Shown here one piece after another: positions 20,783 to 32,220 of a stretch of 64,000 bases of DNA. Both the position numbers and the translations under genes were made by a program. The stretch is from an uncultured Acidobacteriota bacterium (GTDB taxonomy: Bacteria; Acidobacteriota; Vicinamibacteria; Vicinamibacterales; JAKQTR01). The stretch covers positions 234,523 through 298,522 of the forward strand of contig CAWEYM010000001.1 of the NCBI GenBank assembly GCA_963813325.1, written 5' to 3'. The notes beneath the pieces are model-generated. The model was not told the DNA's origin. It did not search any database and saw only the letters and a program-made list of their open reading frames with translations. Positions within the stretch are counted from its first letter, which is position 1. Each line of letters begins with the position of its first letter.

Positions 20783-20983
20783 CGCCGTTACCCCCTACTG
20801 CGATAGGACGAGACCGGGCTGAAATAGTTCCTGCACACTACAACTTACGGCGTTCAGGCCAGGCGCCGGCCGGCGGGGCTGGGTCCCGGAAACCCGCACG
20901 GAAGTCCAGGCTGGTGGAAGCACAACCAAACCCCTATTTTACAATGACTTAACAAATCACCTGACCGTCTGGCTCGGAGGCAA

Positions 20984-21877
20984 TCACTGCTCGAGCACAT
21001 ACTCCCGGCGCTCCACGATCCTCGCGGCCAGCGCCAGGAAGACGACGATGAAGACGAGCAGCCAGGCGGTGGCGGCCCACGGTGACGGAACGTCGCGGAA
21101 CAGGGACTGCAGGATGCCCCCTAGGCCCTCCTGCGGCATGGCATGGGGCACCAGGGCCTGCAGGTAGTAGGCGATGCTGGCGTGCCGCAGGTAGCCCGGC
21201 AGCACCAGGGCGATTTGCTCCCAGCCGAACGCAAACACGAGCCCGGTCACCAGCGGGTGCTTCAGCCCGGCGCCGATCAGGGCGAACAGGGCCCCGTATG
21301 CCGCCAGGCCGAGCGCCAGCAGGATCAGGTCTTTCAGCAGGGCCGGAAACGCCACGGCCAGCGACCCGTGGCCCAGGGGCACCACCAGGAAGAACAGGAT
21401 CGTGACCGACGGCAGCACGACGAACACGGTCGTGACCAGGTAGGCGAGGTACTTCCCGACCAGCACGGCGCCGCGCGGGATGGGCCGGACGAACAGGTAG
21501 GTCAGGGTCTTGTCGTCGACCTCGTCGGCGATGAGCGCGGTGCCGTAGAACACCCCGAGCACCGGCACCATGAACCGCAGGTAGAGCAGCCAGATCATCC
21601 CGCCGAAGATCGTCGGGCCTGGCACCTGCATGCCCTGGGCCTTGACGGATCCGAGCCCCAGCGCCTCGAGCACGCGGAACAGGACCCCCAGCGCGAGCGG
21701 CGACCCGACGACGAGCGCGAGGAAGATCGTGCGCCGCGACCAGAGCATCTGGCCGAGGGACAGATCGAAGATCCGCAGCGAGGCGGCAAGGAACGACGGC
21801 GCGCGCCTGACGGCGGCGGCGGCTCCGGGCGCGGGCGGCGGTGTTCCGGCGGTGGCGTCGGTCATCGTCGTGCTCAC
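20984..21877 (-). CDS. ABC-2-type transporter permease (second permease of the operon)
   Basis: 297-aa polytopic ORF. Its ATG overlaps the stop of the upstream ATPase gene (ATGA at 21874-21877). Confidence 0.75.
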   Translation of the reverse strand: MSTTMTDATAGTPPPAPGAAAAVRRAPSFLAASLRIFDLSLGQMLWSRRTIFLALVVGSPLALGVLFRVLEALGLGSVKAQGMQVPGPTIFGGMIWLLYLRFMVPVLGVFYGTALIADEVDDKTLTYLFVRPIPRGAVLVGKYLAYLVTTVFVVLPSVTILFFLVVPLGHGSLAVAFPALLKDLILLALGLAAYGALFALIGAGLKHPLVTGLVFAFGWEQIALVLPGYLRHASIAYYLQALVPHAMPQEGLGGILQSLFRDVPSPWAATAWLLVFIVVFLALAARIVERREYVLEQ

Positions 21878-22845
21878 TTGACGAGGTACTTGAAGACGGC
21901 CTGGAGATTGTCGTCGGGCGACGTCACCTCGGCGATGATGCCGGCCTCCCCGGAGGCGGCCAGTTCCGTCAGGTGGCGGTAGAAGGCGTCCGGCCGCGAC
22001 GTCTCGACGACCAGGGCGTCCTGCTCGAGCCGGAGGCTGAGGACATCGTCACGGGTGAGGAAATCGCGGGCGAGGGCCCGCGGCTGCGCGGCGCGGATGT
22101 GCACCGTGTGGGGGTGCTCGTCGATCAGGTCGCGGATGCTGTGCACGTCGCCCTCGGCGAGGATCCGCCCGTTGTTGATGAGCAGGATGTTCGAGGTCAT
22201 GGCCTCGATCTCGTAGAGGATGTGGCTCGAGACGACGATGCTCTTGCCGGCGCGTCCCCACTCCTTGATGAGGCGGATGGTCCGGCGCCGCCCGATGGGG
22301 TCCATCCCGGCGAGGGGCTCGTCGAAGATCAGGAGTTCGGGGTCGTGGACGATGGCCTGGGCCAGCTTCACGCGCTGGCGCATGCCCTTGCTGTAGCCGC
22401 CGATCTTCTTGTCGGCGGCGTCGAGGAGATCCACGCGGCGCAGCGCCTCGCGGGCGGCCCCGGTCGCCTCGCGATCGTCGAAGCCGTTGAGGCGGACCAG
22501 GCCCGCAACCCACTCGAGGCCGGTCATGCGGTCGTAGAAGGCGTCCTGCTCCGGGCAGAAGCCGAGGCGGTAGTACAGGCGGGGGTTGTTCCAGATCGGC
22601 TCGCCCAGGACGCGGATGGTCCCCTTGCTCGGCGTGAGCTGGCCGGTCAGCAGCTTCATCAGGGTGGACTTGCCGGCGCCGTTGGGGCCGAGCAGGCCGG
22701 TCACGCCGGCCGGGATCGCCACGCTGACGTCGTTGAGGCCGATGACCTGGCCGTACCACTTCGACACGTGGTCGGCGACCACGACCGGCGCGGGGCCGGC
22801 CGCGACGCCGGGCTCGGTGACCTGCGCGGCCGCTGGCGTGCTCAT
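21874..22845 (-). CDS. ABC transporter ATP-binding protein (second ATPase)
   Basis: Walker A is GPNGAGKST, the signature is YSKGMRQR and Walker B is LLIFDEP. The start at 22845 overlaps the upstream stop (ATGA). Confidence 0.9.
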   Translation of the reverse strand: MSTPAAAQVTEPGVAAGPAPVVVADHVSKWYGQVIGLNDVSVAIPAGVTGLLGPNGAGKSTLMKLLTGQLTPSKGTIRVLGEPIWNNPRLYYRLGFCPEQDAFYDRMTGLEWVAGLVRLNGFDDREATGAAREALRRVDLLDAADKKIGGYSKGMRQRVKLAQAIVHDPELLIFDEPLAGMDPIGRRRTIRLIKEWGRAGKSIVVSSHILYEIEAMTSNILLINNGRILAEGDVHSIRDLIDEHPHTVHIRAAQPRALARDFLTRDDVLSLRLEQDALVVETSRPDAFYRHLTELAASGEAGIIAEVTSPDDNLQAVFKYLVK

Positions 22846-23681
22846 GTCACCACCTCCACCCCGCGGACGCGCCGCTCCAGCACGAGGACCGACAGCCCGA
22901 CCAGCGCCGCGATGGCCAGCAACGTGACGAGCGTCGGCGTGTCGTAGCGCGGCGCGAGGCGGAAGATCACGTCGCCGATCTGGCGCAGGTTGCCGGGCAG
23001 CGAGATCCACGAGAAGGCCGTGTTGCGGGTCACCACGAAGACCACGCCGTAGAGGGCGTCGGTGAAGAAGATCAGGCCCGCGTACATGATGCCGACGAAG
23101 CGGGCGCTCTTGGACAGCGCCGACAGCGCCAGCATCGAGAACGACGCGACCAGCACCTGCAGCAGGGCGAACACCGTGATGGCCGGCAGCACGAAGAGGT
23201 TGGCCTTCAGGAACGCGAGGCTCCCGGCGAAGACCACCTGCAGGAACACCAGCAGGATCGCCGGCAGCCAGGTCACGAGCAGCAGGAAGAACGCCAGCAC
23301 CGAGAACTTCCCGGCGACGTATTCCACCCGGCTGAGCGGCTTGGACAGGTAGATCTGCAGGGCGTTGGCGCGCTGGTCGTTGGCGATCAGGCCCGCGCCG
23401 GTGAAGATCGTGATGAAGAACACGAAGACGTTCTGCTGGTCCAGGAATTCCCGGAAGGTCTCGGCGCTCGGCGCGATGATCGTCATCTGCGGGAAGTTCG
23501 CCACCAGGTAGAACTGGACCGCGCGGACGATGAAGGGCAGCCAGGCCAGGAGCAGGAGCCCGAGGAACTTCCGCTTGGCGAGCATCGTCCGGATGCCGGC
23601 CGTGGCGATCACGGCCCAGGCGCGGCCGTCCGGCGCCCGCGAGCCCTTGTACCGGCGGTAACTCTGGTCGTGGATGGGCAT
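22842..23681 (-). CDS. ABC-2-type transporter permease (first permease)
   Basis: 279-aa polytopic ORF starting MPIHDQSYRRYKG. Confidence 0.75.
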   Translation of the reverse strand: MPIHDQSYRRYKGSRAPDGRAWAVIATAGIRTMLAKRKFLGLLLLAWLPFIVRAVQFYLVANFPQMTIIAPSAETFREFLDQQNVFVFFITIFTGAGLIANDQRANALQIYLSKPLSRVEYVAGKFSVLAFFLLLVTWLPAILLVFLQVVFAGSLAFLKANLFVLPAITVFALLQVLVASFSMLALSALSKSARFVGIMYAGLIFFTDALYGVVFVVTRNTAFSWISLPGNLRQIGDVIFRLAPRYDTPTLVTLLAIAALVGLSVLVLERRVRGVEVVT

Positions 23682-23684
23682 GGC

Positions 23685-24617
<933 letters not shown>

Positions 24618-24685
24618 GTCTCATCCAGACAATACGGAGCGGGTGCGCGGCCAGTTCGCACGGGGTCCCGCCGTGGGGTCCGCCG

Positions 24686-25255
24686 TCAGAGGGTCCCCCG
24701 CAATCCCAGCTCGTCCGCGTGCTCGCGCATGAAGCCGATGACGCTGGCGACGTGCTCGTCGAAGGGCAGGCCGATCTCCTCGGCCCCACGCCGCAGGTCG
24801 TCCCGGTTCACGGCCCGGGCGAACGCCTTCTCCTTCATCCGCTTGACGACCGACTTCGCCTCGAGGTCGAGCACGCTCTTCGAAGGCCGGATGAGGGCGG
24901 CCGCGGTGACGAACCCGGCCATCTCGTCGCAGGCGAACAGGGTGTGCTCCAGCCGCGACTCGCGCGCGACCCTGGTGTGGTCCGCGTGCGACAGGACGGC
25001 GCGGACCACGACCTCCGGGTACCCGCGCTCCCGCAGGATCTCGGCGCCGCGGAACGGGTGGTCCGCCAGATCCGGCCAGCGATCGTAGTCGAAGTCGTGG
25101 AGCAACGCGGCGATCCCCCACAGGTCCTCGTCCTCGCCGAACCGCCGCGCGTACCCCCGGACCGCGCACTCGACGGCCAGCGCGTGCTTCCGCAGGTTCT
25201 CGTTCTGCGTGTATTCCGTCAGCAGCGCCCAGGCTGCGTCCCGCGACATCGTCAT
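24686..25255 (-). CDS. HD/HDIG-domain phosphohydrolase
   Basis: This is the 189-aa tail of ORF 24686..26662 from ATG 25255. It contains ...RKHALAVE...AALLHDFDY... Confidence 0.8.
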   Translation of the reverse strand: MTMSRDAAWALLTEYTQNENLRKHALAVECAVRGYARRFGEDEDLWGIAALLHDFDYDRWPDLADHPFRGAEILRERGYPEVVVRAVLSHADHTRVARESRLEHTLFACDEMAGFVTAAALIRPSKSVLDLEAKSVVKRMKEKAFARAVNRDDLRRGAEEIGLPFDEHVASVIGFMREHADELGLRGTL

Positions 25256-25275
25256 GGCATCCTCCCGCCGTCCCG

Positions 25276-26514
25276 TCAGGCCACGAGCTTGATATACACC
25301 GTGATGATCAGCGCGTTGGTGAAGTCGATGAAGAACGCCCCGACCATCGGCACCACGAGGAACGCGCGCGGCGCGGGGCCGAAGCGCTCGACGAGCGCCT
25401 CCATGTTCGCCACGGCGTTGGGCGTGGCGCCGAGACCGAACCCGCAGTGCCCGCCGGCCATGACCGCCGCGTCGTAGTCGCGCCCCATGACCCGGAACGT
25501 CACGAAATAGGCGAACAGGGCCATCATCGTCACCTGGGCCGCCAGGATGACCAGCATCGGGATGGCCAGGTCCAGCAGCTCCCACAACTTCAGCGACATG
25601 AGCGCCATCGACAGGAACAGGGACAGCGCGATCGTCCCGATGTCGTCCACCAGCCGCTGCTCCAGCCGGACGATCCTGACCAGCTCGTCGCCGTTGCGGA
25701 TGATGGCCGCGATGATCATCGCCCAGATGTAAGCCGGCAGCGTCACGTATTGCCCCAGCCGCTGGCTCAGCAGCGAGCCCGCCCACATCGCGACCAGCAC
25801 CACCGTCATGACCTTCAACAGCGTGTAGGCGGTCGGCGCTTCCCCGGCCGGCTCGGTGTCGATCTCGGCGTCGAGGGACGCGGCCTCGGCCGCCGCCGCG
25901 GTCGCGGCCGCCGAGCCCGGCGCCGGCGCATGCGGCGGGCTGTGGCGCCGCATCAGCCTCGTGGCGACCGGCCCCCCGATCAGGCCGCCGCTGACGAGGC
26001 CGAACGTCGCGGCCGCCATCGCCAGCGTCACGCCGCCGGGGAACGCGTACTGGTCCTGGAGCAGCTTGCCGAAGGCCGCCCCGGTGCCGTGCCCGCCGGT
26101 CATCGTGATCGACCCGGCGATCAGGCCGAGGAACGGCGACACGCCGAGCGCCTTGGCGATGAGCACGCCCATCCCGTCCTGGAGGACGGCCAGCAGGCTC
26201 GCCAGGCCCCAGAACAGCAGCACCTGCGGGCCGCCGATCTTCAGCAGGGCCAGGCTGGCGCCGAGGCCGATGGTCGTGAAAAACGCGATCATCAGGGGAA
26301 CTTGAAGCGTCGTGTCGAAGTCGACCGCCACGACGCCCTGCAGGCGCAGCACCGTCGCCACCGTCGCGAACAGGAAGCCCCCGACCACCGGGGCCGGAAT
26401 ATTGTACCGGTCCAGCACGCCGACGCGGCGCCGGATGCCGTACCCCACGAACAGGATCACGGCCGCCAGGGCCAGGGTCTGGATCATGTCGAGTTTCAGG
26501 ACGAGTTGCGTCAT
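25276..26514 (-). CDS. gltS: Sodium/glutamate symporter
   Basis: 412 aa from ATG 26514. It reads MTQLVLKLDMIQTLALAAVILFVGYGIRRRVGVLDRYNIPAPVVGGFLF...ITMTGGHGTGAAF, matching GltS family blocks. Confidence 0.85.
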   Translation of the reverse strand: MTQLVLKLDMIQTLALAAVILFVGYGIRRRVGVLDRYNIPAPVVGGFLFATVATVLRLQGVVAVDFDTTLQVPLMIAFFTTIGLGASLALLKIGGPQVLLFWGLASLLAVLQDGMGVLIAKALGVSPFLGLIAGSITMTGGHGTGAAFGKLLQDQYAFPGGVTLAMAAATFGLVSGGLIGGPVATRLMRRHSPPHAPAPGSAAATAAAAEAASLDAEIDTEPAGEAPTAYTLLKVMTVVLVAMWAGSLLSQRLGQYVTLPAYIWAMIIAAIIRNGDELVRIVRLEQRLVDDIGTIALSLFLSMALMSLKLWELLDLAIPMLVILAAQVTMMALFAYFVTFRVMGRDYDAAVMAGGHCGFGLGATPNAVANMEALVERFGPAPRAFLVVPMVGAFFIDFTNALIITVYIKLVA

Positions 26515-26600
26515 GGGCCTGTCCGAGTCCGCTGCATGATATATTCGGGCGCTGCCAAGCGCCAAACCGCGCCCCTGCGGGCGCGCGCAAAGGAGTCTCC

Positions 26601-28094
26601 ATGGCCGGCCCGTCGCGACAGTCCGCCACCGCATCCGCCACGACCCTCGACACGGAGTTCAACCGCGGGCTGGGTCTCTACGACTCGACGATGGTCGTCG
26701 TCGGGTCGATGATCGGCTCGGGCATCTTCATCGTGTCGGCCAGCATGGCCCGGAGCATCGGCAGCCCCGCCTGGCTGCTCGGGGCCTGGATCCTGACCGG
26801 GGTGCTGACCATCACCGGCGCGCTGTCCTACGGCGAGCTGGCGGCCATGATGCCCCGCGCGGGCGGCCAGTACGTCTACCTTCGCGAGGCTTACTCGCCG
26901 ATCTGGGGATTCCTCTACGGCTGGACGCTGTTCATGGTGATCCAGACGGGCACCATCGCCGCCGTCGCCATCGCGTTCGCGCGCTTCCTCGGCGTCCTCT
27001 GGCCGGCCATCGGCGAGGCCAGCTACATCGTCCCGCCCCTCCACCTCTCGCAGGGCTACGCGGTGTCGCTGTCCACGGCCCAGTTCGTGGGTATCCTCGT
27101 CATCGCCCTGCTGACGTGGACCAACACGCGCGGCCTGCAGTACGGACGGATCATCCAGAACGTGTTCACGACCGCCAAGACCGGCGCGCTGCTGGGCCTG
27201 ATCGCGGTCGGCCTGTTCCTCGGCTGGAACGCCAACGCCATCAGCCTGAACTTCGGGAACTTCTGGGCGCCGCGAAACCTGGAGCCGATCGCCACGGGCC
27301 TGACGGCCGCCAGCGCCTACGGGCTGTTCGTGGCGATCTGCGTCGCGCAGACCGGATCGCTGTTCTCGTCGGATGCCTGGAACAACATCACCTTCACGGC
27401 CGGCGAGGTCAAGGACCCCCGCCGCAACATCCCGCTCGCGCTGGCGCTCGGCACGATCGTCGTGATCGGCCTCTACCTGGCGGCGAACGTGGCCTACCTG
27501 GTGACGCTGCCGCTCGAGGCCATCCAGACGGCGCCCGCCGACCGCGTGGCCACCCGGACGCTCGAGGTGATCTTCCCGGGCCTGGGCGTGAGCATCATGG
27601 CCCTGGCCATCATGGTCTCGACCTTCGGGTGCATCAACGGTCTCGTGCTGGCCGGCGCGCGGCTCTACTACGCGATGGCCCGCGACCGCCTGTTCTTCGC
27701 CCCGGCCGGCAAGCTCAACCCGGCCAAGGTGCCCGCCTGGGGCCTCGTCGTGCAGGGCATCTGGGCGGCGCTGCTGGTGCTGCCGCGCACGTACGACCCG
27801 GCCGCGGGCACGTACGGCAACGTGTACAGCAACCTGCTCGACTATGTGATCGCGGCCGCCCTGATCTTCTACATTCTCACCATCATCGGCGTGTTCCGCC
27901 TGCGGGCGAAGCGGCCGGACGTCGAGCGGCCCTACAAGGCGTTCGGCTACCCCGTCATCCCGGCGTTGTACGTGGCGGGCGCCGCGACGATCCTGCTGGT
28001 CCTCTTCGTCTACCGCCCGGCCACGACCTGGCCCGGCCTCGTGATCGTGCTCCTGGGCCTGCCGGTGTACCTGATCTGGAAGCCCCGGACCTGA
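26601..28094 (+). CDS. APC-superfamily amino acid permease
   Basis: 497-aa ORF with 12 TM segments and an AAGGAG RBS. The blocks MVVVGSMIGSGIF and GELAAMMPRAGGQYVYL are present. Confidence 0.85.
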   Translation: MAGPSRQSATASATTLDTEFNRGLGLYDSTMVVVGSMIGSGIFIVSASMARSIGSPAWLLGAWILTGVLTITGALSYGELAAMMPRAGGQYVYLREAYSPIWGFLYGWTLFMVIQTGTIAAVAIAFARFLGVLWPAIGEASYIVPPLHLSQGYAVSLSTAQFVGILVIALLTWTNTRGLQYGRIIQNVFTTAKTGALLGLIAVGLFLGWNANAISLNFGNFWAPRNLEPIATGLTAASAYGLFVAICVAQTGSLFSSDAWNNITFTAGEVKDPRRNIPLALALGTIVVIGLYLAANVAYLVTLPLEAIQTAPADRVATRTLEVIFPGLGVSIMALAIMVSTFGCINGLVLAGARLYYAMARDRLFFAPAGKLNPAKVPAWGLVVQGIWAALLVLPRTYDPAAGTYGNVYSNLLDYVIAAALIFYILTIIGVFRLRAKRPDVERPYKAFGYPVIPALYVAGAATILLVLFVYRPATTWPGLVIVLLGLPVYLIWKPRT

Positions 28095-28224
28095 CGGCCG
28101 GTCGCGTGATCGGCACGGCGCGGTCGTCCGCGACGATCGCGCCCCTGACGCCGGCGATCGGCCGCGCGGGGTGCTGGCGGGCCGGCGCCTCGCGTTCCCG
28201 GCCGGCCCTGGCCATCGGGCCCCG

Positions 28225-28638
28225 TCAGATGCCCATCACCTTCACGATGACGCGCTTCCGGCGCTGGCCATCGAACTCCGCGTAGAAGATCTGCTCCCAC
28301 GGCCCGAGATCGGGCGCGCCCCTGGTGATGGGCACCATGACCTGGTGGCCCATGATGGTGCGCTTGAGGTGCGCGTCGCCGTTGTCCTCGCCGGTCTGGT
28401 GGTGCCGGTAGTCCGGCCCCGCGGGCGCCAGCTTCTCGAGCCAGTCCTGGAAGTCCTGGATGAGGCCGCCCTCCCAGTCGTTCACGTAGACGCCGGCCGT
28501 GATGTGCATGGCCGACACCAGGGCCACGCCCTCGGTCACGCCACTCGCCTTGACCACGGCCGCGACGTCGTCGGTGATGCGGATGAACTCGCGCCGCTGC
28601 TTCGTGTTGAACCAGAGGTAATCGGTGTGAACAATCAT
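28225..28638 (-). CDS. YjbQ/UPF0047-family protein (secondary thiamine-phosphate synthase-like)
   Basis: 137 aa from ATG 28638. Blocks include ITDDV..., [18 protein letters not shown] and GDAHLK. Confidence 0.8.
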   Translation of the reverse strand: MIVHTDYLWFNTKQRREFIRITDDVAAVVKASGVTEGVALVSAMHITAGVYVNDWEGGLIQDFQDWLEKLAPAGPDYRHHQTGEDNGDAHLKRTIMGHQVMVPITRGAPDLGPWEQIFYAEFDGQRRKRVIVKVMGI

Positions 28639-28676
28639 GGACGACGATCTCCTCGTGTCGGGGCGCGCCCGGGCCG

Positions 28677-29729
28677 TCACAGCTTCAGCGACGGGTCCGC
28701 GTTGAGGTCCCAGCCCGCGCGGATGCCCGCGTGGAAGGCGCGCAGGCCGGCCGCCGCGATCATCGCGGCGTTGTCGGTGGACAGGGCCAGGCTCGGCACG
28801 AGCACGGGCACGCCGAGCTCGGCGCCGCGGACGGCCGCCTCGGCCCGGAGCCGGCTGTTGGCCGACACGCCGCCGGCGATGCCGATGCTGCGCGCGCCGA
28901 ACCACCACGCCGCGCCGAACGTGCGGCCCAGCAGCGCCCCGACGGCGGCCCGCTGAAAGCTCGCGCACACGTCGGCGATCTCGGCGTCGCCGGGCGTCCA
29001 CCCCGCAGGCCGCTCCCTCACGTAGCGCAGGACCGACGTCTTGAGCCCGCTGAAACTGAAGTCCCACTGGCCCTTCACGAGCGGCGCGTTGCGATCGGGA
29101 TGGGTCATCCGCGCCACGGGAAAGTCGATCGCGCGATCGTTGCCCGCCCGGGCCAGCCGGTCGATCACCGGCCCTCCCGGGTAGCCCAGGCCCAGCAGCT
29201 TGGCGACCTTGTCGTAGGCCTCCCCCGCCGCGTCATCGCGCGTGCGGCCGAGCAACCGGTAGTGCCCCGGCTCGCGCACCTCGTACAGGCTCGTGTGGCC
29301 TCCGGACACCACGAGGACGACGGCGGGCAGCGGGGCGACCCCGTTGTGCAGGCAGAGCGATTCGATGTGGCCCGCGAGGTGGTTCACCGGCACGAGCGGC
29401 AGCCGCCACGACGCGGCCAGAGACTTGGCGAACGACACGCCGACGAGGAGGGACCCCACGAGGCCCGGGCCCTGGGTCACGGCCACCGCGCCCAGGTCGC
29501 CCGGTTCCGCGCCCGCCTCGGCCAGCGCCCGCTCGGTCACGCCGCAGATGTCACGGACGTGCTGGCGGGACGCCAGCTCGGGCACCACGCCGCCCCACTC
29601 CCGGTGGATGTCCACCTGCGAGGCGACGACGCTGGACCTGATCGCCCAGGGACGCTGCGGATCGCCCGTCTCGGCCACGACGGCCGCGGCGGTCTCGTCG
29701 CAGGAGGTCTCGATGCCCAGGATCAGCAC
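28677..29729 (-). CDS. tsaD: tRNA N6-adenosine threonylcarbamoyltransferase
   Basis: The N-terminus is [18 protein letters not shown]. The blocks VNHLAGH and LVVSGGHT are present. Length is 350 aa. Confidence 0.95.
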   Translation of the reverse strand: MLILGIETSCDETAAAVVAETGDPQRPWAIRSSVVASQVDIHREWGGVVPELASRQHVRDICGVTERALAEAGAEPGDLGAVAVTQGPGLVGSLLVGVSFAKSLAASWRLPLVPVNHLAGHIESLCLHNGVAPLPAVVLVVSGGHTSLYEVREPGHYRLLGRTRDDAAGEAYDKVAKLLGLGYPGGPVIDRLARAGNDRAIDFPVARMTHPDRNAPLVKGQWDFSFSGLKTSVLRYVRERPAGWTPGDAEIADVCASFQRAAVGALLGRTFGAAWWFGARSIGIAGGVSANSRLRAEAAVRGAELGVPVLVPSLALSTDNAAMIAAAGLRAFHAGIRAGWDLNADPSLKL

Positions 29730-29759
29730 GGGCCAGCCTCTGCGCCTAAGCCCGCCGCT

Positions 29760-29859
29760 CCCGGCGCTCGGTTGAGTTGAGGACTCGCCGGGACCGTGGC
29801 GCGCAGGCGTCAGCCCGCGTGCCCGAAGCGAACATACCCATCACCAGTGAGCTCCGGGG
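29760..29859 (-). repeat. Copy C of the ~100-bp MITE/REP-like element (more diverged)
   Basis: Its reverse complement reads CCCCGGAGCTCACTGGTGATGGGTATGTTCGCTTCGGGCACGCGGGCTGACGCCTGCGCGCCACGGTCCCGGCGAGTCCTCAACTCAACCGAGCGCCGGG. It abuts the mtnA stop codon (29860-29862) and lies 30 bp upstream of the tsaD start. Confidence 0.8.
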
Positions 29860-30927
29860 TCAACCGGCCGCCCTCGCCGGTTCGACGGCTTCAACCGCGT
29901 GGCGCAGCGACTCGGTGTAGGGCGCGCGGCACACGCCGTGCTCCGTCACGATGGCCGTGACGAGGCGGTTCGGCGTGACATCGAACGCCGGGTTCCTGAT
30001 GCGGGCACCCTCCGGCGTCAGGCGCGTGCCGCCGACGTGCGTCACCTCGCGGGGATTGCGCTCCTCGATCGGGATCCCCGATCCGTCGGCCGTCGCCAGG
30101 TCCACCGTCGAGACGGGCGCCGCGACGTAGAACGGCAGGTTGTGCGCGTGGGCCAGGACGGCCACCGAGTACGTCCCGATCTTGTTCGCGACGTCGCCAT
30201 TGGCGGCAATGCGGTCGGCCCCGACGACGACCAGGTCAATCAGGCCGGCCTGCATGAGGGCGCCCGCCATGTTGTCGGTGATGACCGTGGTCTCGATGCC
30301 GTCGCGCACCAGTTCCCAGGCCGTCAGGCGGGCGCCCTGGAGGAACGGGCGGGTCTCGTCCGCCAGCACGCTGATCCGCTTGCCCTGCTCGGCGGCCGCG
30401 CGAATGACGCCGAGCGCGGTGCCGTAGCCCGCGGTGGCCAGCGCACCGGCATTGCAGTGCGTCAGGATGCGCGCCCCTTCCGGCACCAGCGCCGCGCCGT
30501 GAGCGCCCATCGTGCGGCAGCTCTGGACGTCCTCGGCGTCGAGGGCCCGGGCCTCGGCCTCCAGCCTTGCCTTGATCTCCTCGACGGAGGCGCCTGCCTG
30601 GGCCGCGGCCGCGAAGGTGCGCTTCATCCGCTCGATGGCCCAGAACAGGTTGACCGCGGTCGGCCGGGTCGCGGCGAGCAGGTCGCAGGTCTTCTGGAAC
30701 TCGGCGGCGAACTTCGCGGTGCCCGTGGCCTTGCTGCGCCGCATCCCCAGCGCCACGCCCATCGCGGCGGCCACGCCGATCGCCGGGGCGCCGCGGATCA
30801 CCATCGTCTTGATGGCCCGCGCGACGTCCTGCGCGGTCCGGCACCGCACGTAGGTCTCGGTGCCGGGCAGTTTCCGTTGGTCGATCATGACGACGGCGTC
30901 GTCGTGCCAGTCGATAGTCGGCAGCAT
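29860..30927 (-). CDS. mtnA: S-methyl-5-thioribose-1-phosphate isomerase family (MtnA / e2b2-type sugar-phosphate isomerase)
   Basis: 355 aa. Family blocks are [12 protein letters not shown], the Cys in [12 protein letters not shown] and the Asp in [21 protein letters not shown]. Confidence 0.85.
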   Translation of the reverse strand: MLPTIDWHDDAVVMIDQRKLPGTETYVRCRTAQDVARAIKTMVIRGAPAIGVAAAMGVALGMRRSKATGTAKFAAEFQKTCDLLAATRPTAVNLFWAIERMKRTFAAAAQAGASVEEIKARLEAEARALDAEDVQSCRTMGAHGAALVPEGARILTHCNAGALATAGYGTALGVIRAAAEQGKRISVLADETRPFLQGARLTAWELVRDGIETTVITDNMAGALMQAGLIDLVVVGADRIAANGDVANKIGTYSVAVLAHAHNLPFYVAAPVSTVDLATADGSGIPIEERNPREVTHVGGTRLTPEGARIRNPAFDVTPNRLVTAIVTEHGVCRAPYTESLRHAVEAVEPARAAG

Positions 30928-30941
30928 ATCCGTTCATGATA

Positions 30942-31334
30942 CTACCCGAGCAGCCGGGCGTCGAAGGGCAGCGGCAGGAGGTCGCGGAGCCGGTACCGGC
31001 CCGTCTCCTGCTGCAGGTTGGCAAGGATGACCTCGATGTCGCCGGCGAACTCCCACAGGATCTGGCGGCACGGTCCGCACGGCGGCGTCGGATCCCGGGT
31101 GTCGGCGACGACGGCGATCCGCCGGAACTGGCGGTGGCCGTCGGACACCGCCTTGAACACGGCGACCCGCTCGGCGCACATCGTAAGGCCGTAAGTCGAG
31201 TTCTCGATGTTGCAGCCGGTGATGACGGCGCCGTCGATCGTCTCGAGGGCGGCGCCGACCTTGAAGGTCGAGAAGGGCGCGAACGCGCGCTCGCGGGCCT
31301 GGCGGGCCGCGTCGATCAGCGTCTGGTCATCCAC
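30942..31334 (-). CDS. cdd: Cytidine deaminase
   Basis: 130 aa with zinc motifs CAERVA and PCGPCRQ. Confidence 0.9.
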   Translation of the reverse strand: MDDQTLIDAARQARERAFAPFSTFKVGAALETIDGAVITGCNIENSTYGLTMCAERVAVFKAVSDGHRQFRRIAVVADTRDPTPPCGPCRQILWEFAGDIEVILANLQQETGRYRLRDLLPLPFDARLLG

Positions 31335-31398
31335 GGAAACCTCGCGCGACGGGGAACGCCAGCGGGCGTCCTCCCGCGGTTGCGAAACCGGAAGGCGC

Positions 31399-32220
31399 TC
31401 ACGCCCGCTCGACGATGCCCTCGAGCAGCGCGATGAAGGCGCCGCGCACGCGCTGCGCGGTGGCCATGACCTCCGCGTGATTCAACGGCTGGGGCAGCAC
31501 GCCGGCCGCCATGTTCGTGATGCACGAGATGCCCAGCACCTCGACGCCCATGTGCCGGGCCGCGATCGCCTCCGGGACGGTCGACATCCCGACCGCGTCG
31601 GCGCCGATCGTCCGCAGATAGCGGATCTCGGCCGGCGTCTCGTAGCTCGGCCCGTGCAGCCCCGCGTAGATCCCGTGCACGAGCGGCAGGGACAGCTGCG
31701 CCGCGACCGCGTCGGCGATGCCGCGCAGCCGCGCCGAGTACACCCCGGTCATGTCCGGGAAGCGCGGCCCGAAGCGATCGTCGTTCGGCCCGACCAGCGG
31801 GTTCGTGCCCATCAGGTTGAGGTGGTCGTCGATCACCATCAGCACGCCCTGCGAGAAGGACGTGTTCACGCCGCCCGCGGCATTGGTGAGGATGAGCGAC
31901 TTCACGCCGAGGGCCCCCATGACGCGGGTGGCGAACACCACGACCGCCAGGGGATGCCCCTCGTAGAAGTGCGCCCGGCCCGCCAGCACGGCGACGCGCC
32001 GGCCGCGCACGGTCCCGACCACCAGCCGCCCGGCGTGCCCGACCACGCGGGAGGGCGGCCACCCCGGGATGGACTCGTACGGGAACGCGACGGCGTCCGC
32101 CACGCTGTCCGCGAAATCCCCGAGCCCCGACCCGAGCACGATGGCCGTCCCCGGCACCGCCGGGAAGCGGTCGCGCACGAACGTCGCGGCCTGCTGCACG
32201 CGGTCGAATTCGCTGGTCAC
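31399..32220 (-). CDS. punA: Purine nucleoside phosphorylase (trimeric PunA type)
   Basis: This is the 273-aa tail of ORF 31399..33240. The GTG at 32220 overlaps the nupC stop (GTGA). Blocks are IVLGSGLG, GRAHFYEG, LTNAAGG, GPSYETPAE and MSTVPE. Confidence 0.85.
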   Translation of the reverse strand: MTSEFDRVQQAATFVRDRFPAVPGTAIVLGSGLGDFADSVADAVAFPYESIPGWPPSRVVGHAGRLVVGTVRGRRVAVLAGRAHFYEGHPLAVVVFATRVMGALGVKSLILTNAAGGVNTSFSQGVLMVIDDHLNLMGTNPLVGPNDDRFGPRFPDMTGVYSARLRGIADAVAAQLSLPLVHGIYAGLHGPSYETPAEIRYLRTIGADAVGMSTVPEAIAARHMGVEVLGISCITNMAAGVLPQPLNHAEVMATAQRVRGAFIALLEGIVERA